The notes beneath the pieces are model-generated. The model worked only from the letters and a program-made list of their open reading frames with translations. It was not told where the DNA came from and ran no database searches. A stretch of 64,000 bases of DNA from Catajapyx aquilonaris. Lineage: Eukaryota. The translations under genes and the position numbers were made by a program. Positions 30,817-44,973 of the stretch are shown here, in pieces; the first letter of the stretch is position 1; each line of letters begins with the position of its first letter. Location of the stretch: NCBI GenBank assembly GCA_000934665.2, contig KZ538254.1, positions 1 to 64,000 on the forward strand. Reading direction: 5' to 3'.

Positions 30817-33800
30817 TTACGAAAGCAGGTCTGGAAATACAATCAATTCATTAGCATCCACGATCAGGAGGGCTTGCAGGTGCGGTTAAACTACCTGTGA
30901 CGACTGCCGTGTCCTTGTTAGGCGGCGGCCCATTGGTGGAGACGTTGAAATTGACATTGTCCTCGTTGACCATCTTTGTCTGGGCCTCTGAGGAGGAGAA
31001 GGGGTTGGGAGCCGGGGAAGGGACCATGGGGGGCTGCGGATGGCCCAGGGAAGAAGGGGTCACCCCGATGTCCAGGAGCATTGGGGGAGGTGAGCCTCCC
31101 TCCTCCCCAACGGCCGGCTGCTGCTGGTTGCTGTTCCCATTGAGCCCTCCCAGGTCGGCCATCAGGTCCAGCAAGGCACCGCCTCCACCCCCTCCCACCG
31201 TCTGGCCAACACACGCCTTGCTCCCCTTCCTGCAAACACAACACAACAACGTCAACAACCATCGCGAACAGGCAAAAAAAGGCTGTGTGTGTTGCTCAGC
31301 CTTTTTCAAGTAAAGCTGTCTCACACACTCTGGGTGACCCAAGTGATCCCTCAATTGTCACACTTGCTGTGATATTGCTGCAATAGTCATGCCACTTTCC
31401 ACACCAGTAACACTGCCGTCATCTACAGCTTACAGGCAAGTGAATCCAATTTTTTGACGTGACAAAAAGGAACAAACCGCTGACACCTGAGTTGAAGGAA
31501 ATGGAAATTTTGCCTGGACTTAACACTTTCTCCCCCAGCCTCTCCCTCATACTTCTTGGATTACATTTCAGCGTATGACAAATTGAACACTGCCACACCT
31601 AATTGACTTGTGTGGTTGAATTCCGCATGCCAGCCAGTCCTGTTGGTCACACAGGCCCTTCTAATCTGAGCCTTTTCCAACCCTGAGGAGGTACACTACT
31701 GATGAGCATGCATTCACTTCTCCACAAGCATATGGTCACACCTTGGGTGTTCTGAAATACTTGCTAACCCTCAAGGCTCCTCTGCAGGAGCAACCCTTCC
31801 ATGCTTCAAGTCCTAAATACACCCTGACAACAACTGCTGCTGCTGCTTTATTCCACTATTCTATCACCAAATAATCAATCTACAACAAGTCCTCCTCCAG
31901 GTCTGCAAGAGTCTCTCTCTCTTAAGCACACCTTCACATCTCTAGGCACCAGTTGCTAACCACCCTTCTAATGCTAATTCCTTCCTGCAACTGTGGTCAG
32001 TCACCTACAATCTACAGGGAAAAACAGCGAGGGGAAGAGAATGATAAGAGGCAGAGAGGCCTGCCAAGTGAGGGGTGTCCTTCCTTGTCTGCCTTCCCCC
32101 TCCCCTTCACAACAATCACTCTGCTTCAAACCCGCCTGCTACAACATGTGGGTGTTGGTCACCCCGCAGAAGTGAATAAATTCTGAAATAATCAACAGAA
32201 ATATTTAACATTCTTTGTCACATTGATTTATGGAACTAACATAAATTCAGCTAACTTTAAATGTCTGCCTGGCCTGTTCATACTATTAAAAATCATCATG
32301 GAAACTACACCAAGGGCAAATCTCAGCTCATTTTAAATTAAAACTGCAATTTTCACCGGAGCAGAAACTTTTTCCAGGCTTGATTTGCAAGGGGGTAATT
32401 TGAATTTCAAGTTTCTCCTACTCATGTAAGATGAAAAAGTGAAACCACCTGTTTTTTAAAAATATTTGATCTCTGAACAGTGAATACCTGTGCTGGAAAC
32501 TTGTGAATTTGCAAATTTTTTAGCCCTTGAAATGGCCTCAGGAGGTGCTAGGAAACCTTCCAAAAATCTTGATTCTAATTATATAATGAACAATGGGAGG
32601 CGATTGCAAATTTTTTTGAAGATCACATTGTTCACACGAACAATAACTTTAATAATGAACGAGATCCTTGCGGGATGCTGTAACAAAAAGCAATTCTTGG
32701 CAAGCAGGTCTCCTTCTTTCATGGTATGGAAGTGGGGGAAGGTGGGTTGTCTCCACAGTTCTGGCAAGGCCAACCCCCCAATACACGATACACCAGGTTC
32801 AGCGCAACATAGTCTTTGCTTGAAATAAGTGGCGGTGAGTGGCCATTGATGCAGACAACAACACGGATTACAACTAGGCTGCTGCTGCCTCTACATGACT
32901 GGTGTGTACTGTGGGCATCCACTACTCTGGTGACTGCTACTGTATGCACTTGGGTGTCTGCAGTTAAACAAGTTGCACAGAGGAGGAGGAGGCTAATGAA
33001 ATTGAAAATAAAAGTTGGTGCGAGTCTGTGGAGAGAGTGTGTTGGGCACATCCAAACTTACATCACAGCTGGTAGAAGGGCCCCGAGATGAAGCTGTGTG
33101 ATGTAGGAGGCAGCGAGGATGGAAGGGGAAGAGAGAGGCAGAGATGGAGAGAGAGAAAAGTAGCAAGAAAACAGTTTCAGCATGAGGATACCAGAGCACA
33201 GCCTCGCAAACACTCAAATTGGATTTAGCTGCGCACACACGCAGAACAAAACTAACGAGGGAGGAACCAGAGGTGGTGTTTCACATTCCCATCAAGCTAG
33301 CGTAACAGGTCAATTTGGAGGCCAGGAAGCCCACTGCTAAGCTGTGCACTCAACACGCAGAAGAACAACTCTTCCCATTACGATGTTTAGCTAACTTGAC
33401 CTCAACGACAAATGAGAAATTTGAATGACTTGTATGTACAACAACTGCCTCCATGTCAACCACAGTGCCAGTGGCATGCAAATCTACCGGGGCAAATAAG
33501 GTTGTCCCTCCCTCCCTAGCCTTGCTTGAGGATGTTCAGGTACGTACTTTCAAAGCACACAACAAGAAACCAATCACATTAGGAGAGAAATGCTGTATGA
33601 GGCCTTCTCACTCCCTCTACCACCACATTGTGTCAGCAGTAACTTTGAACCATTTTAACGTAAGAGGGGAGCAGGAAAGTAATCAGGTCTCTTCCATTAA
33701 AACATATCTGCTGTGGTTAAACCTCATGCCGTCTGCGAGAGATTAGTTGGTGAGCAAGGGGGTGAGAAGCGCACAAATTCATCCAGCCAAGAGAGGTCCA

Positions 33801-36800
33801 GGAGTTGAAAGAATGTAATGGCAACAGAAAAGTGAGGGGAAAAGGGCATACGCTGCAGCCACCTGTGCGCGCAACAACCGTATTCCACCTTGTGTCTGTT
33901 GGCAGGGGAGTTAGTTAGTGACTGGGTGTGAATGGGTTCGTGCAGAGTGAGGTTACCAGCCAAAGGCAAGATGGACTCACGTGGTGGCATCTGAATTGTC
34001 CAGGAACAAATTCTGCTGCCCCCTGTTGTTGACCTCCTGCACTTGGTGGTGGTGGTGGTGGTGGCCGTTCCTCTGCGAGGGGGGCAGGGAAGACAGGTCC
34101 AGGAGGAGGTCCCCACTCCCCCCTCCTCCAACCACTCCCCCCTCCATCAGCACTGACACTCCCTCCCCACCAACACCACCCGCACTGTCACCCATCACAA
34201 TGTCCTCCCCTTGGTCCATGGGGCCACCACTGCCCCTCCCTCCAGAGTCACCTTCTTCCGAGCTGCTGCTCCCTCCACCACCCATTTCCTTGCTGCTTCC
34301 TCCATCCTCGTTACTCTCCTGGAACACACACATGCAATTAAAACTACGCTTAAGCACAGTCATGAGAATTATGACAACACAACTGCCTGATAGTGAACAT
34401 GGACTAGAGAAGTGTGAATCTTGCCATAATTATTAAGAGGTCCATGTCAACAGCCATTTCTTTCTCATTTTCTTTGTTTTTTTCGCAACAAGAAAAAAAT
34501 GCTTCACATAATCACAACTATTTGGCCTCATGCAACATGAGGTCAGATTTTTTAAGTGGCAGGAAGTGACATAATCCATCCATACACCAAGTCACCAGAT
34601 AAGAAAACAACCAAATTTTAGCACCTTTTTTTGCCACTTCCATCATTATCTGTGACGGCCCTGTCCCATTAGGTTTTTTAAAAATAACTTGGGTGTATCT
34701 TACAACTTATCCCCGCTCTATCACTTATTCGTAAGTTCATTTCAAGAATACCACCACTAGGGGCAGTTGCTACCTTGGCAGGAGTGGTGCTGGGAGGGCT
34801 CCGTCCTCCATCTCCTCCTCCGGCAGTCTCCTCATCTCCGGACGTCCCTTCCCCAGGCGTGGTGGCCCCGCCCCCACCTCCGCTGCCTCCTCCCCCGCCC
34901 CCGCTTCCCCCGGCACCCCCCTTCCCGGCCCTGGTCCTGAGCATGATGGCCTCGACCCTCTTCCTCCGCTGCTGCCTCTCCTCCTCCTCCCTGCGCAGCC
35001 TCTCCTCCATCTCCTTCCTCTGCCTCTCCTGCTCCTCCCTGGCCTTCCTCTCCTCCCTCTCTCGCTCCTCCCTCTCCTGCTGCTCCCTCTCCCTCTCCAG
35101 CCTCTCCTCCTCCTCCCGCCTCTCCCTCTCCTCAATGGCCAGCCTCAGACGCTCCTCCTCCTGCCTGCGGGCCTCTGCCTCCAGCCTCAGCTGCTCCTCC
35201 TCCCACCGCTGCGTCTCCTCCTCCTCCCTCCGTTCCCGCTCCTCCTCTTCCCTCTTGCGCTCCTCCTCCTCGCGCCTTCGCTCCTCCTCGCGCCGCTTCT
35301 CCTCTTCCCGTGCCAGCCTCCGCCTCTCAGCCAGGGCAGCCTTTGCCTCCTCCTCTGTCGTTATCCTTCCCCGCATGCTGGCTGTCACTGAAAACAAGCA
35401 TATTTATAACAATTGCCTCCTGCGTCAGACTCCCTCCAATCCATGCACAAGCTGCTACACAGTGCCACGGACACTCGAAAGAGAACACACGAGACATTTG
35501 ACGTTGAAAAAGCACCACAATGCAACGTCATATAACACAAGTGTGTTGCGTTACAAGAAGGCTACTTCAAATCATGATTTCTGCATAAAACAGGTCAATC
35601 CCACAACAACAGGCAAAATGCCAAGAAGTGTGTTGCCCACTTAGGCATTGCCTATTTCATCCTATTTATTGCCTGTACGACAGTGGCATTTAATGGTGCA
35701 AATTAAACAACTTGGGGCTCACTAATTTCAGGTTTCAACTAGCACGGTGGAATAGGGACTCTATTGTCGATATAATTCCTAATTTTTCTTGACGCAAATC
35801 GTGAAATGAGCCATACTTTTACACTACTGGTCTGCAATTCCTCCCTGGCCTGGCCAAATGCACGTGGGAAAAGTGAGCTTACTAAGTCCTTCTGTGTCCT
35901 CAGCTTCTGCATCATCACTGGTCTTCACTGCCTGCAGCAGATCCCCCTCTCCCTTGGCCTCCTCCTGCTGCACCCCCTCCTCCGACTTCTTTTCAGCCTT
36001 CTTCTCGTCTTCTACCGCAACCACCTCTGCCTCGTCTGCAGGAGCTGCTTTTGCTGAAGGCGACGGTGCAGTGGCCTCTGACTCCTCTCCTACTTCCGCC
36101 CCATCCGACGCCACAGGGGGAGGTGGTGGTGGAGATGAAGATGGTACCAGTGCCTTCTCCCCTGCTGGAGACTGGAGTGGAGTGACTTTCGGGGTTGCCT
36201 TTGGAGTGGCCCTTGGGGTTGCTCGAGGAGTCACCCGGGGAGTTGCCTTGGCTGACGGAGGCTAAGAGAAACAAGATCAAATTACAACCCACCATACACC
36301 GAGTTACAAGTGCAGTTCTAATTGAAAATGCTTCTGATCTGCTCCCCGAGGTTTTCAATTCTTCAAATAGTGTTCTGGGTCACCTACAAGAATCGCCTGG
36401 GAGAATTAAACAGTCAATCTAGTGGCACTTTCTGGGATTCTGCCAGAACCCTACTGCATTTGATGATTTCCCCATAACGTGGCTCAATTACTGCCCAAAA
36501 ACAATGCTAATTTCAGTGCCACTGCTGGTTCTGTATGACGGCATTTGATCAAACCTTGGATGTTTTTGGGGTCCTATCTCCTGAAGCACCAACAGCACTG
36601 GCGGCGGCGGCAGCAGCAGCGGCAGGCTTCCTTTGAGAGAGGTCAGGCTTGTTCCCCGGCACTGGTGGCTTCTTGGGTGGCTTCCCAGCTGCAGACCCAG
36701 CAGCAGCAGTGGCGCCCTCCCTATCCCCACTTGACCCAGCACTGCGGGTGCGGTGCAAGGAGCCCTCCGATGCAGCACCACCACCTAAAGACGGGGCAGG

Positions 36801-39800
36801 TCAAGGGGTCACTATTCCAATTCAAGGCAAAAAGGAGTGTGTTTACCTTGCCAACCGACAACAACACTCTAGCCAGGGACAAGCTCAATCTGCTCTAGTT
36901 GGCCCTGTTCACTGCAACCCACTTACTTTAAATCACAAAGGACCATTTTTGTATGACTTCATATTCTTACACCCGGCTCTAAGGGTGGTTTGCGCATCAG
37001 AACAAGTAAGTAGCCAACCCTTGTTTTAAGCAATGATGGCACCAGTGAACAAGAAGAATGAACAGCTTCCGGATCTCCCGAGATCACAAAACTGGGCCTC
37101 AACCAGCAAAGTATAAATGGACATCAAGATGAGCTGGAAATCATTCCCACGTCTTGGACAATCGAGCAGCACTGACTGTCCCTTGTTGCTAGAACACTCT
37201 TAAGAGTACGACGGTATGGCAAAGCATGCCATGAACTCAAAATAACTCTGTATTAGTTGAAAGGTCTAGCCAAGACCCATCAGAGGCTAGGATTTGACAT
37301 GGCATTGCCTTAATCCAACATCCAGGAGGGTAATATTGAACACATGTAACACCCTGTGTAGCTTGACAATGGTAATAATTACAAAGTCTAAATCCATTAA
37401 CTTCCTCAAGGTCATTTGGCTCATTATGAAAATCAAGAAGATGAGGCTGGTTAGTGCAGAGAGTAAGCAGTTTGTTGCCAAGCCAAAAGCCCTCCTCACT
37501 TTTCCTGTGGCTGCTCCTGCCTTCCCTCTCCTTGGCCGTCCTGACCGCAGCCTCGTGTGCTTGGACAGCCATTGGGCCTGACACAGCTGCAATCCCAGTT
37601 CCAGCGATGCTGACCGGCCGTGGCTTCCTGTGCCCTGCCTGCCTCTGCCTCAGGCTGACGTTCGAAGCCAAGCTGCTCAAGCTCTGCTGGCTCAGCGCAC
37701 TCTGTGGCCTGGAAGTCGAAGGGGTCGCTTCCCCTGACCTCACGCCTTCAGAGAAGCACAAGAAGAGGTGGAAAGGGAGGGGGGAGAAAAAAGGTAGCAT
37801 AGAAATTAGCTTGTGATGAAACAGAGTTGTTAGTAAGAGAATATCATGAGTCCAGATTTGTCAAGATCATCAGAGAAGGATGAAGCCATTCATCCATCCA
37901 ACCAACCAGTTTCACAATTATTAATATTACATGTGCTCAAAACTCAAAAGCTGTACACAATTATTGCGTTAGGTTATTATGTACAGTAGGCACACCACCA
38001 CTTTATTGGCACCAGTTTTGGCATATACAAGAGATCCTCGTTAAGTGAATACCTTCGGAGAGAGGACAGGTCAAGGGGGAAGTAGGAATGTTGGCTGTGG
38101 AATAGCCCAACAACGTAAGACGCACTGAAAGCAAGTGACGCCCCACATGCAACGAGAAACATGCGAAAATTCTCACCTGAGCTCTGCGAGAGAGAGAAGG
38201 AGCATAAGAACAAGAAACACGCACATCTACACACCAACCAAACACGAGGCAGACCAATTGTTATTAAAAAAGGGGCTGATATGGATCCTCCTACCTTTTG
38301 AGCAGAGGGGGTGAGCCACACCCAAGCCAAGTATACCCAAGAGACTGAAAAGGGGGCACAAGTTGTAACAAAGTTGCTCCCACCTCAGCCTCATTTCCCT
38401 TTCCCACAATTAGCTCTGTTTCCTCCACATCTCAGAAGGGCCATTACTAGAAGTACCACGCACCAAACCCCATCCCCTCCACCTGCCGCAGCAATTAGCA
38501 GAAGAGCTCCTCCTGTTACGATCTTGCGGAAGCTGCACTTCACTCCTGCCGCTCATTAACGTGAAGCCAAATTTTGCTCCCAAACAAGTGCTTACCCTCC
38601 TACGGCAAGGCCTTGCATGTCATGAAGGTGACAAGTAGGTACGTGTTATCTTACTGTACAATACGCACTGAATTAATCAGCTTTCAATTCATCTTCAATC
38701 TACCCTACCATTTACAACAACATGTGTGTGAAGCAATAAAATTAGGATTTGAAAAATCTGTATTGAGAGTTACAAAGGAAATGCTGGCAGGGTGAAGGTA
38801 ACCAGTACCCTGCCCACAGAGCGAGAGAGAAGTGAAGAGTCAGAGGAGGAGTAGACCACGCATGTACGTGTTAGTGTGTGTGTTGTGTGTATGTGCAAAA
38901 AAGGTGGGGACTCACTGGAGGCAGTGCTTGAGGCTGCCTGATGCTGCTGCGGGGAGTGTCCATTCTTGGCAAGGGGAGCCCTCCTGCGAGTGGTTGCCAA
39001 GTGCACCATGCTGCTGGATTTGTTTCGTGCCATGCTGCTTGAGGGAGACACTTGCGGGGAGTGGGACTGGGAGGAGGAGGAGTACGAGGACGGGGAGTAC
39101 GATGCCTGCTTGCCCCCCACCCTGGGCCCTGAAGCAGCCTTCATCTTCCCAAGACCGGCCAGGTGACCCATGCTCTTGGACATGCTGAGCCTGCTGCCGG
39201 CCCCTTTCCCTCCCACCCGAGAAGCATGATAGGGTTTGGGTCGAGGGGGAGACAGGACAACCTCTTTCAAGGGAGACAGCAGCTCGAGGAACCTCCTTCG
39301 CGGCTGAGCCAACTGGTCCAGACGTGTCATAGAGTACGCCCTACCTGGGGTCTTTCCGGAACTGGATGCAGCCGACGACCACTGCCCGCCACCCTTCTGC
39401 TGCTGCCCCTCCCGTAGGAACAGGGAGGGCACAGTGGGCATCAGGTCTGTCTTGCGACGACCCCTCACTGGTGGGGCCAGCACAAAGCCTGACCCGTTAG
39501 TAGCACCACCTAGACGGTGAGGAGGGGCATATCCGGTCAGTCAAGAGTGCCACTCATCTTCTGATCAACATGTTTCGCAAGCACACTTAACAAGCCACAG
39601 ATCAGACACACGGCCATCCCATACAGATGCAGACTCCCAAGTGGGCTGCCAACAAAGTAACCCTATTGTGCCTGTATCCTTGCCTCGAGGAAACCCACAC
39701 AACATTATGTAATTACTGCATGTTTTGGTTCATTAACAACACTGCGTGGCAACGCAGACTGCACAACCAAATATTACTACTACTGTACTGTACTTCCCAA

Positions 39801-42800
39801 GAATTAGAGTGCGTAAAAGTCAATTTAAGCCATGGGTACAAAAACATCATGAACTGAATTGTCTGACTATCTTGAAACAGAGGCAAAGTTTCTTCTATTC
39901 TGTATGCACTTCTTTTACAAGTCCAGTGAAACTGCCCGACAACAAACTCGCTACATTCTGCAAAACATTTTCCCAAACTGAACTCATTGCTGCCTCTTTC
40001 AAGCAGAAATACAAAATCTTGCGCCAGGACCAAACAAAAATTTCTTAATGGACCAAACTCAACAGAATCCGCACAGGCTTCACTGTATATTTACTGCTCA
40101 AATCTGTGCAATGAGAACTAATCAGGTGAAATATCAAAATGTGTCGTAATGCATTTTGCCCATTTTTAATAAATTCATGTAATCGAACTTGAAAAATCAT
40201 CCATATTTTTAACACCATGACAAGCCCATCTACATTGTCAGTGGCCAACACACAACCTGTCAACATGCCAGGTGACAGTCAGGACAGACACACACACACA
40301 CGATATCAAAAGACAGCCAGACATGTATATTGCCAAACAAGGAGAGGATGCAGGGGGGCAGTGGGCAGTACGAAGGCAAAGGCAAATGCAGCCGTGCACA
40401 CACATGTAGGCCAGCAGGCAGGCTACCATCGGGATCATCGTCATCGTCGACCTTCCTTGCAAAACCAACGTCATTCCGGGGATTTGACTTGCAAAGTGTC
40501 TGGGGTAACAACAAGACGAGCTCAATGGGTAACTGTTACGAATGGATCTGAGACGGAGCACATCATACAGCAAGGCTTCCTGGCCAGCAAACTTGTCAAA
40601 TAGGGAGGTGGGGAAGAAGGTGGGAAGGACCAGAACGAGTGGATGTCCTTTTCTTTCCATTCCGAGCAGAGTAGCAGCCGGACATACCCCTTGGAGGAAG
40701 TGAGAGTCTGAGCTGTGTTGGTGCAGCGGATTCTTGGCGGTGCTGCTGCTGTTGTTGTTGTGAGGTGCTTGGGGTGCTGGCCATCACTTGGAAGGAGGGA
40801 ACGATGGGGGAAGTGGCCAGGAGGAGCTGATGGGAGGCGCACGGGGGCAGGGACATGGACATCACAGGGAGGGGAGGAGGGGTGGGGGAGGAAGGTGTGG
40901 CCAGGGTGGGCGGGGAGGACCGCTCCTGATCACACGAAATCATTCTCCCGGATTGCTCTGCAGGGAACATACAAAAAACACAGCTCCTCTCAGCACTCCC
41001 GTCGGACCAACTCTGTCTCTCTCTCTCCTCCATTCCTAACCTAACCCCCACCCACCCGCACTCAGACCCATCTGCACAAGGGGTTGGGGGGGGAAAATCA
41101 ATAACAAAAATCCAATGGGAAACCCACCAACTCCAAACTCGCTTGCATGTGGCATGTGCATAAATTTAGCAAACAAAAAAAACTGAGCCCAATCAAGTGA
41201 ACTACCAGCTGAAACGAAAAGCTCCATTAGCAGTGGCACCAAATGAAATAAAAGTGTGTGTTGCACAAAATCCTGCCAATGAGCCCATTCATGCAAACTG
41301 GTAAACAAAATATTCAAACAGAAAATAAACCATTGCTGAAACCCACAGCTTCCGGTTAATTTTCATTTAGACATCTCCTGTGCGAGCGCACCAGGACGAC
41401 TCTCCACCTGCAACAAAATTTTTGTGATGTCCCAGCCGAGGAACACCCACAGGCAAACCAGCCCCTCATCCAAGCCCGTGCTCAACGGACAGCCCATGAG
41501 TGGTGGTCCCTTCCCATGCACTGAGACATGCATCGTGTACCTTGCTCTCCCTTCCTGTCCAGTCCGTGCGCAGAGGCTGCCCTCTTCTTCCCAACCATGT
41601 CCAGCTCCCTCTCGCTGGACCTTCTGGTCAGGCCGGCGCTTCCACCAGTTCCAGAGGGACCAGTGGTGGCAGCCGTGTTGATGGGGACGGCAGTGAGCCC
41701 CCCGTAGCTGATGTTGGTGGTGGAGGTGGCCTTTCTGGTCCCACCCCAGAAGGGCCCAACCGCAGCCTCGGTTGGCTCCAGCATGCGTGGGGTTGAGCTC
41801 CCAAAGGCAAACACAGCGGAGCTGCGCTCGTTCTTCCTCTTGGCCTCCATGCGAACGTCCCTCTCCTGCTGGGGGTCGGGGGGAAGGAAACGAGGCAGGG
41901 GTGTGAGTCTCTCTCCTGGATGTACTATGCATGCATACAAATGCAACCACCACCATCACCACCACCCTGTGCAGACCTGGTTCTTCCTGAGGATGGCCTC
42001 TCTCCTCTCCTGCTCAGCCTCCAAGATCTGCCGCTTCCTCTCCTCCACCTGCAGCCTCCTCTCGCTGTCCCGGCTCCTCAGCTCGTCTATCCTTCGCCTC
42101 CTCTCCTCCTCTTGCTGCTCACGGAACTTCTGGGCGGCCAGCGCCTGCTGCTTCAGTTCCTCCAACTTACGCTGCCTCTCGTCGTTCTGCCTCTCCTTCA
42201 GCATCCTGATCCGCTCCTCCCTCTCGCGCTGAAGTGCACCACTCTCGTGGCTCCCTAAAGCATCACCCAAACAATCTTACATTTGATCCCTCTCTCTGTC
42301 TACTGGACCCAATCCCTGGGAGAAACAACTCAAAAAATCAGGGGTTCAGTTCTTCTACCCATTTCAAATCAGTACACAAGTTGCTTCTCCTTGGTCAAAC
42401 TTTCCAGGCAACAAAAGCACATGCTCATGAATTGCATGCCAGCAGTCACGTAGTAGGATGCTGTAACCACGAGATGTCCCACAAATCAGTGCAACAGGTC
42501 GTTTTTTTTTTTAATTTTCACCCAGGCAGGAGAGCCACGTTCTGCCAGAACCACTTCACGTAGCAGTGGGATACTTCGGAGGTGGCAGTTCAATTACTTT
42601 TACGCCCGATTTAGTAGTCCCATATATACCTGAAGGCCACTTGAAATGTAAGGCCTTGCTTTTATGACTATTGGCTCACAACCACTCACAATTCCACTGA
42701 TTTCACTGACGGCATGAGCCCCATTCAAGATGAAGAAAAATCAAAACTTGTTCCGTGCCTGTATCAAAATCCCCCTGCATGGCCATGGAACGACTTTACC

Positions 42801-44973
42801 TTCAAACCTTTTCTCCCTTGCACTTTTCCACAAACAAAACAGTGTGGCCTATTCCCTTCAATCCCGAGGCAAAACCCAACTGCAGCAAAGCACTCACTCA
42901 AACGCAATGAGTCCGCTTATACTACTTCAACACTGACAAAGGTTCACATAGGGTGACCTCGCACTCTCTGCAATACTTTTTCAACACAAAGTTCAGATTA
43001 TAATTCAAGCCTGTTATTCATGCAACACGAGAGCACAATCAGTCATACGCTCAGCTCCTCATACTAAACCAAATTGACTGGCTGATTCAGTCCAATTGCT
43101 CATGAACAGTATACACTTGAATAAGGCTTGAATGAGAGGGGTTTCCACTGATGAATCATGCTGCATGATGATCACGTCACAGACACTGTCTTGTTCTTTC
43201 AAATGCTTCAATCATACTGCATCTCCTATCCAAAATCTGGGGAAGGGTTTTTTTTCTTTTCTTTTCTTTCCTTATTCTGCAATGGGTTTTGCCTCCTACT
43301 AAACATCAACTCATGCAGAACCACTACATGACCCAAAATGACCCCTACCAATGTCCAAAATGACAAAGTGACAAGACATCCTGTAAAAAAAAGATGCCCT
43401 GATGTAACAGGGAAGGTGTGGTGTGTGAGAGTTGGGTGCAAGAGTGAGTGCTGATACCGCAAGGAATAAAACGTCAGATATGTTAGGCAAGCTGCAGTGC
43501 CGTATAAGCACCGCGTTTGGTAGTATGTCTCAACACCACTCCATCAAAAGAGGCAAGCCCAAACTCTTTTTGTCATTCACTTTCAGGTCCACCCCGGGAG
43601 GCCCTACTGCTACAAGAGTTAGGTTAGGTTAGGCAGAAGAAGTGGAGGCCCACGGAAGAAGCTTGCAGGAAGCGGGACAATCACAGGAAGGGCAGTGGCA
43701 GCGGGTACAACGTACTAAACCAAAAAAAGGCGGGCAAACAAAAAGGTACCTGCTGCATCTTGGGAACCATCTTCGCAAAGAGCGGGCGGAGGAGGTGGGG
43801 GAACCTTTTCGTCCCCAGGCCCACGGGCAAACCAGTAACAATCTAAGGAAGGAGATGGGGGGAAGGGAGGGAGGGGGACGCGGGACAGATTGGGCAAAAG
43901 AAAAACTTGTCAGTGTTAGCAATACCAATATTTCTGCCCTTTTGCGTTTCTCCCCGCTGATGGCTGTATTAGATAGAACCTGACTGCTCCAGCAGGGTCA
44001 AGTTCTCTTCAGTCCAAGCCACCTGATGCTCACCACACCCAATCGAGAAACATTGTCAGCACTTGGTTTTGAAGCCCCATTTCCTCGGCCAATGCAACTA
44101 AAATCAAATCCCGAGCCAAATCCTCACCCAGAAGATGCCCTTTTCTTTCCTCTCTTAAACACCTTAATATTTGTCATATGAAATGAATGCTACGTAATGG
44201 AGGTCACCAAAAGCTTGGAATGCAGGGGGGAGGAGACACCTCAGATAAGGTCCAAATATAGTCTTTGCCAAGGAGACCTAAATACTTCAAGAAGGTACCT
44301 CTATTCATGCTTCTCCTTCCCCCCCCATTCCACCCCATCCAGGGTCAAGTGAAGAAAGCTAGTGCACTACTGCTTTTGCCGAGGTTTCACCCCTGCACCT
44401 GAGAATATCTTCAAGGGCGTGCACGATCCTTTCCCGCATATCTGGAGAGGGGCCCAGGAAAGTGATCCAGTACTTAATGTGCTTGAAAATACTGAGAGTG
44501 CACAAGGCAACGATGTGGCAAACCGAAAGGAGTCGTTCCCTAATTGAAATTCCGCAAACTCAATTCATTTCCTGTTGCAAAGGGGATAATAAATCAAGTG
44601 GGCAAGAAAGCTCCCGTCACCAAGTTGTTAAACCCAAACCACCAAGAAATAGGCATAAACAAATGTCAAGAGTGGCAGGAATTCGGGAGGAGGTTGGGTG
44701 CAGCCTCAGAGTGACTGCCTGTCAATTTACCTCTGGCTGACGCAGGACGCGCGGAGTGTCCATGTCCAGCAGAAGGGGCAGGGGCATCCGAGCAGGGGTC
44801 TGCTTCTGGCCCCTGTCGGTTCTGCCTGGGTCTCTGCTGCCCGCTGGCGTTTGACTGGTCACTGTTGCTGGCGGCAGCAGTGGCCCTGGAGGTCTGCTGC
44901 GGCTGAGGCTGCTGCTGGGGGCCTGACCCTGCTCCTGACATTGCTGCCATTGCTGGTGCTGGTGCGATGCCAG
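30817..44973 (-). CDS. ens: Ensconsin / MAP7-family microtubule-associated protein (kinesin-1 cofactor), common exons
   Basis: Exons 44973-44731, 43842-43750 (cassette), 42254-41977 (coiled coil EREERIRMLKERQNDERQRKLEELKQQALAAQKFREQQEEERRRRIDELR), 41865-41541 (VFAFGSSTPRML), 40957-40688 (cassette), 39509-38916 (RRKTDLMPTVP, RAYSMTRLDQLAQPRRR), 37745-37500 (RKPRPVSIAGTG), 36784-36555, 36261-35883 (VTPLQSP), 35387-34774 (RITTEEEAKAALAERRRLARE...RKRVEAIMLRTR), 34318-33981, 31229-30895 and 30830-30817 (DLLS*). Small extra exons may be missed. Confidence 0.9.

Noticed and set aside
34775..35644. 289-aa plus-strand Ser/Leu-rich ORF
   Set aside because: Antisense shadow of the ensconsin MAP7-domain exon.
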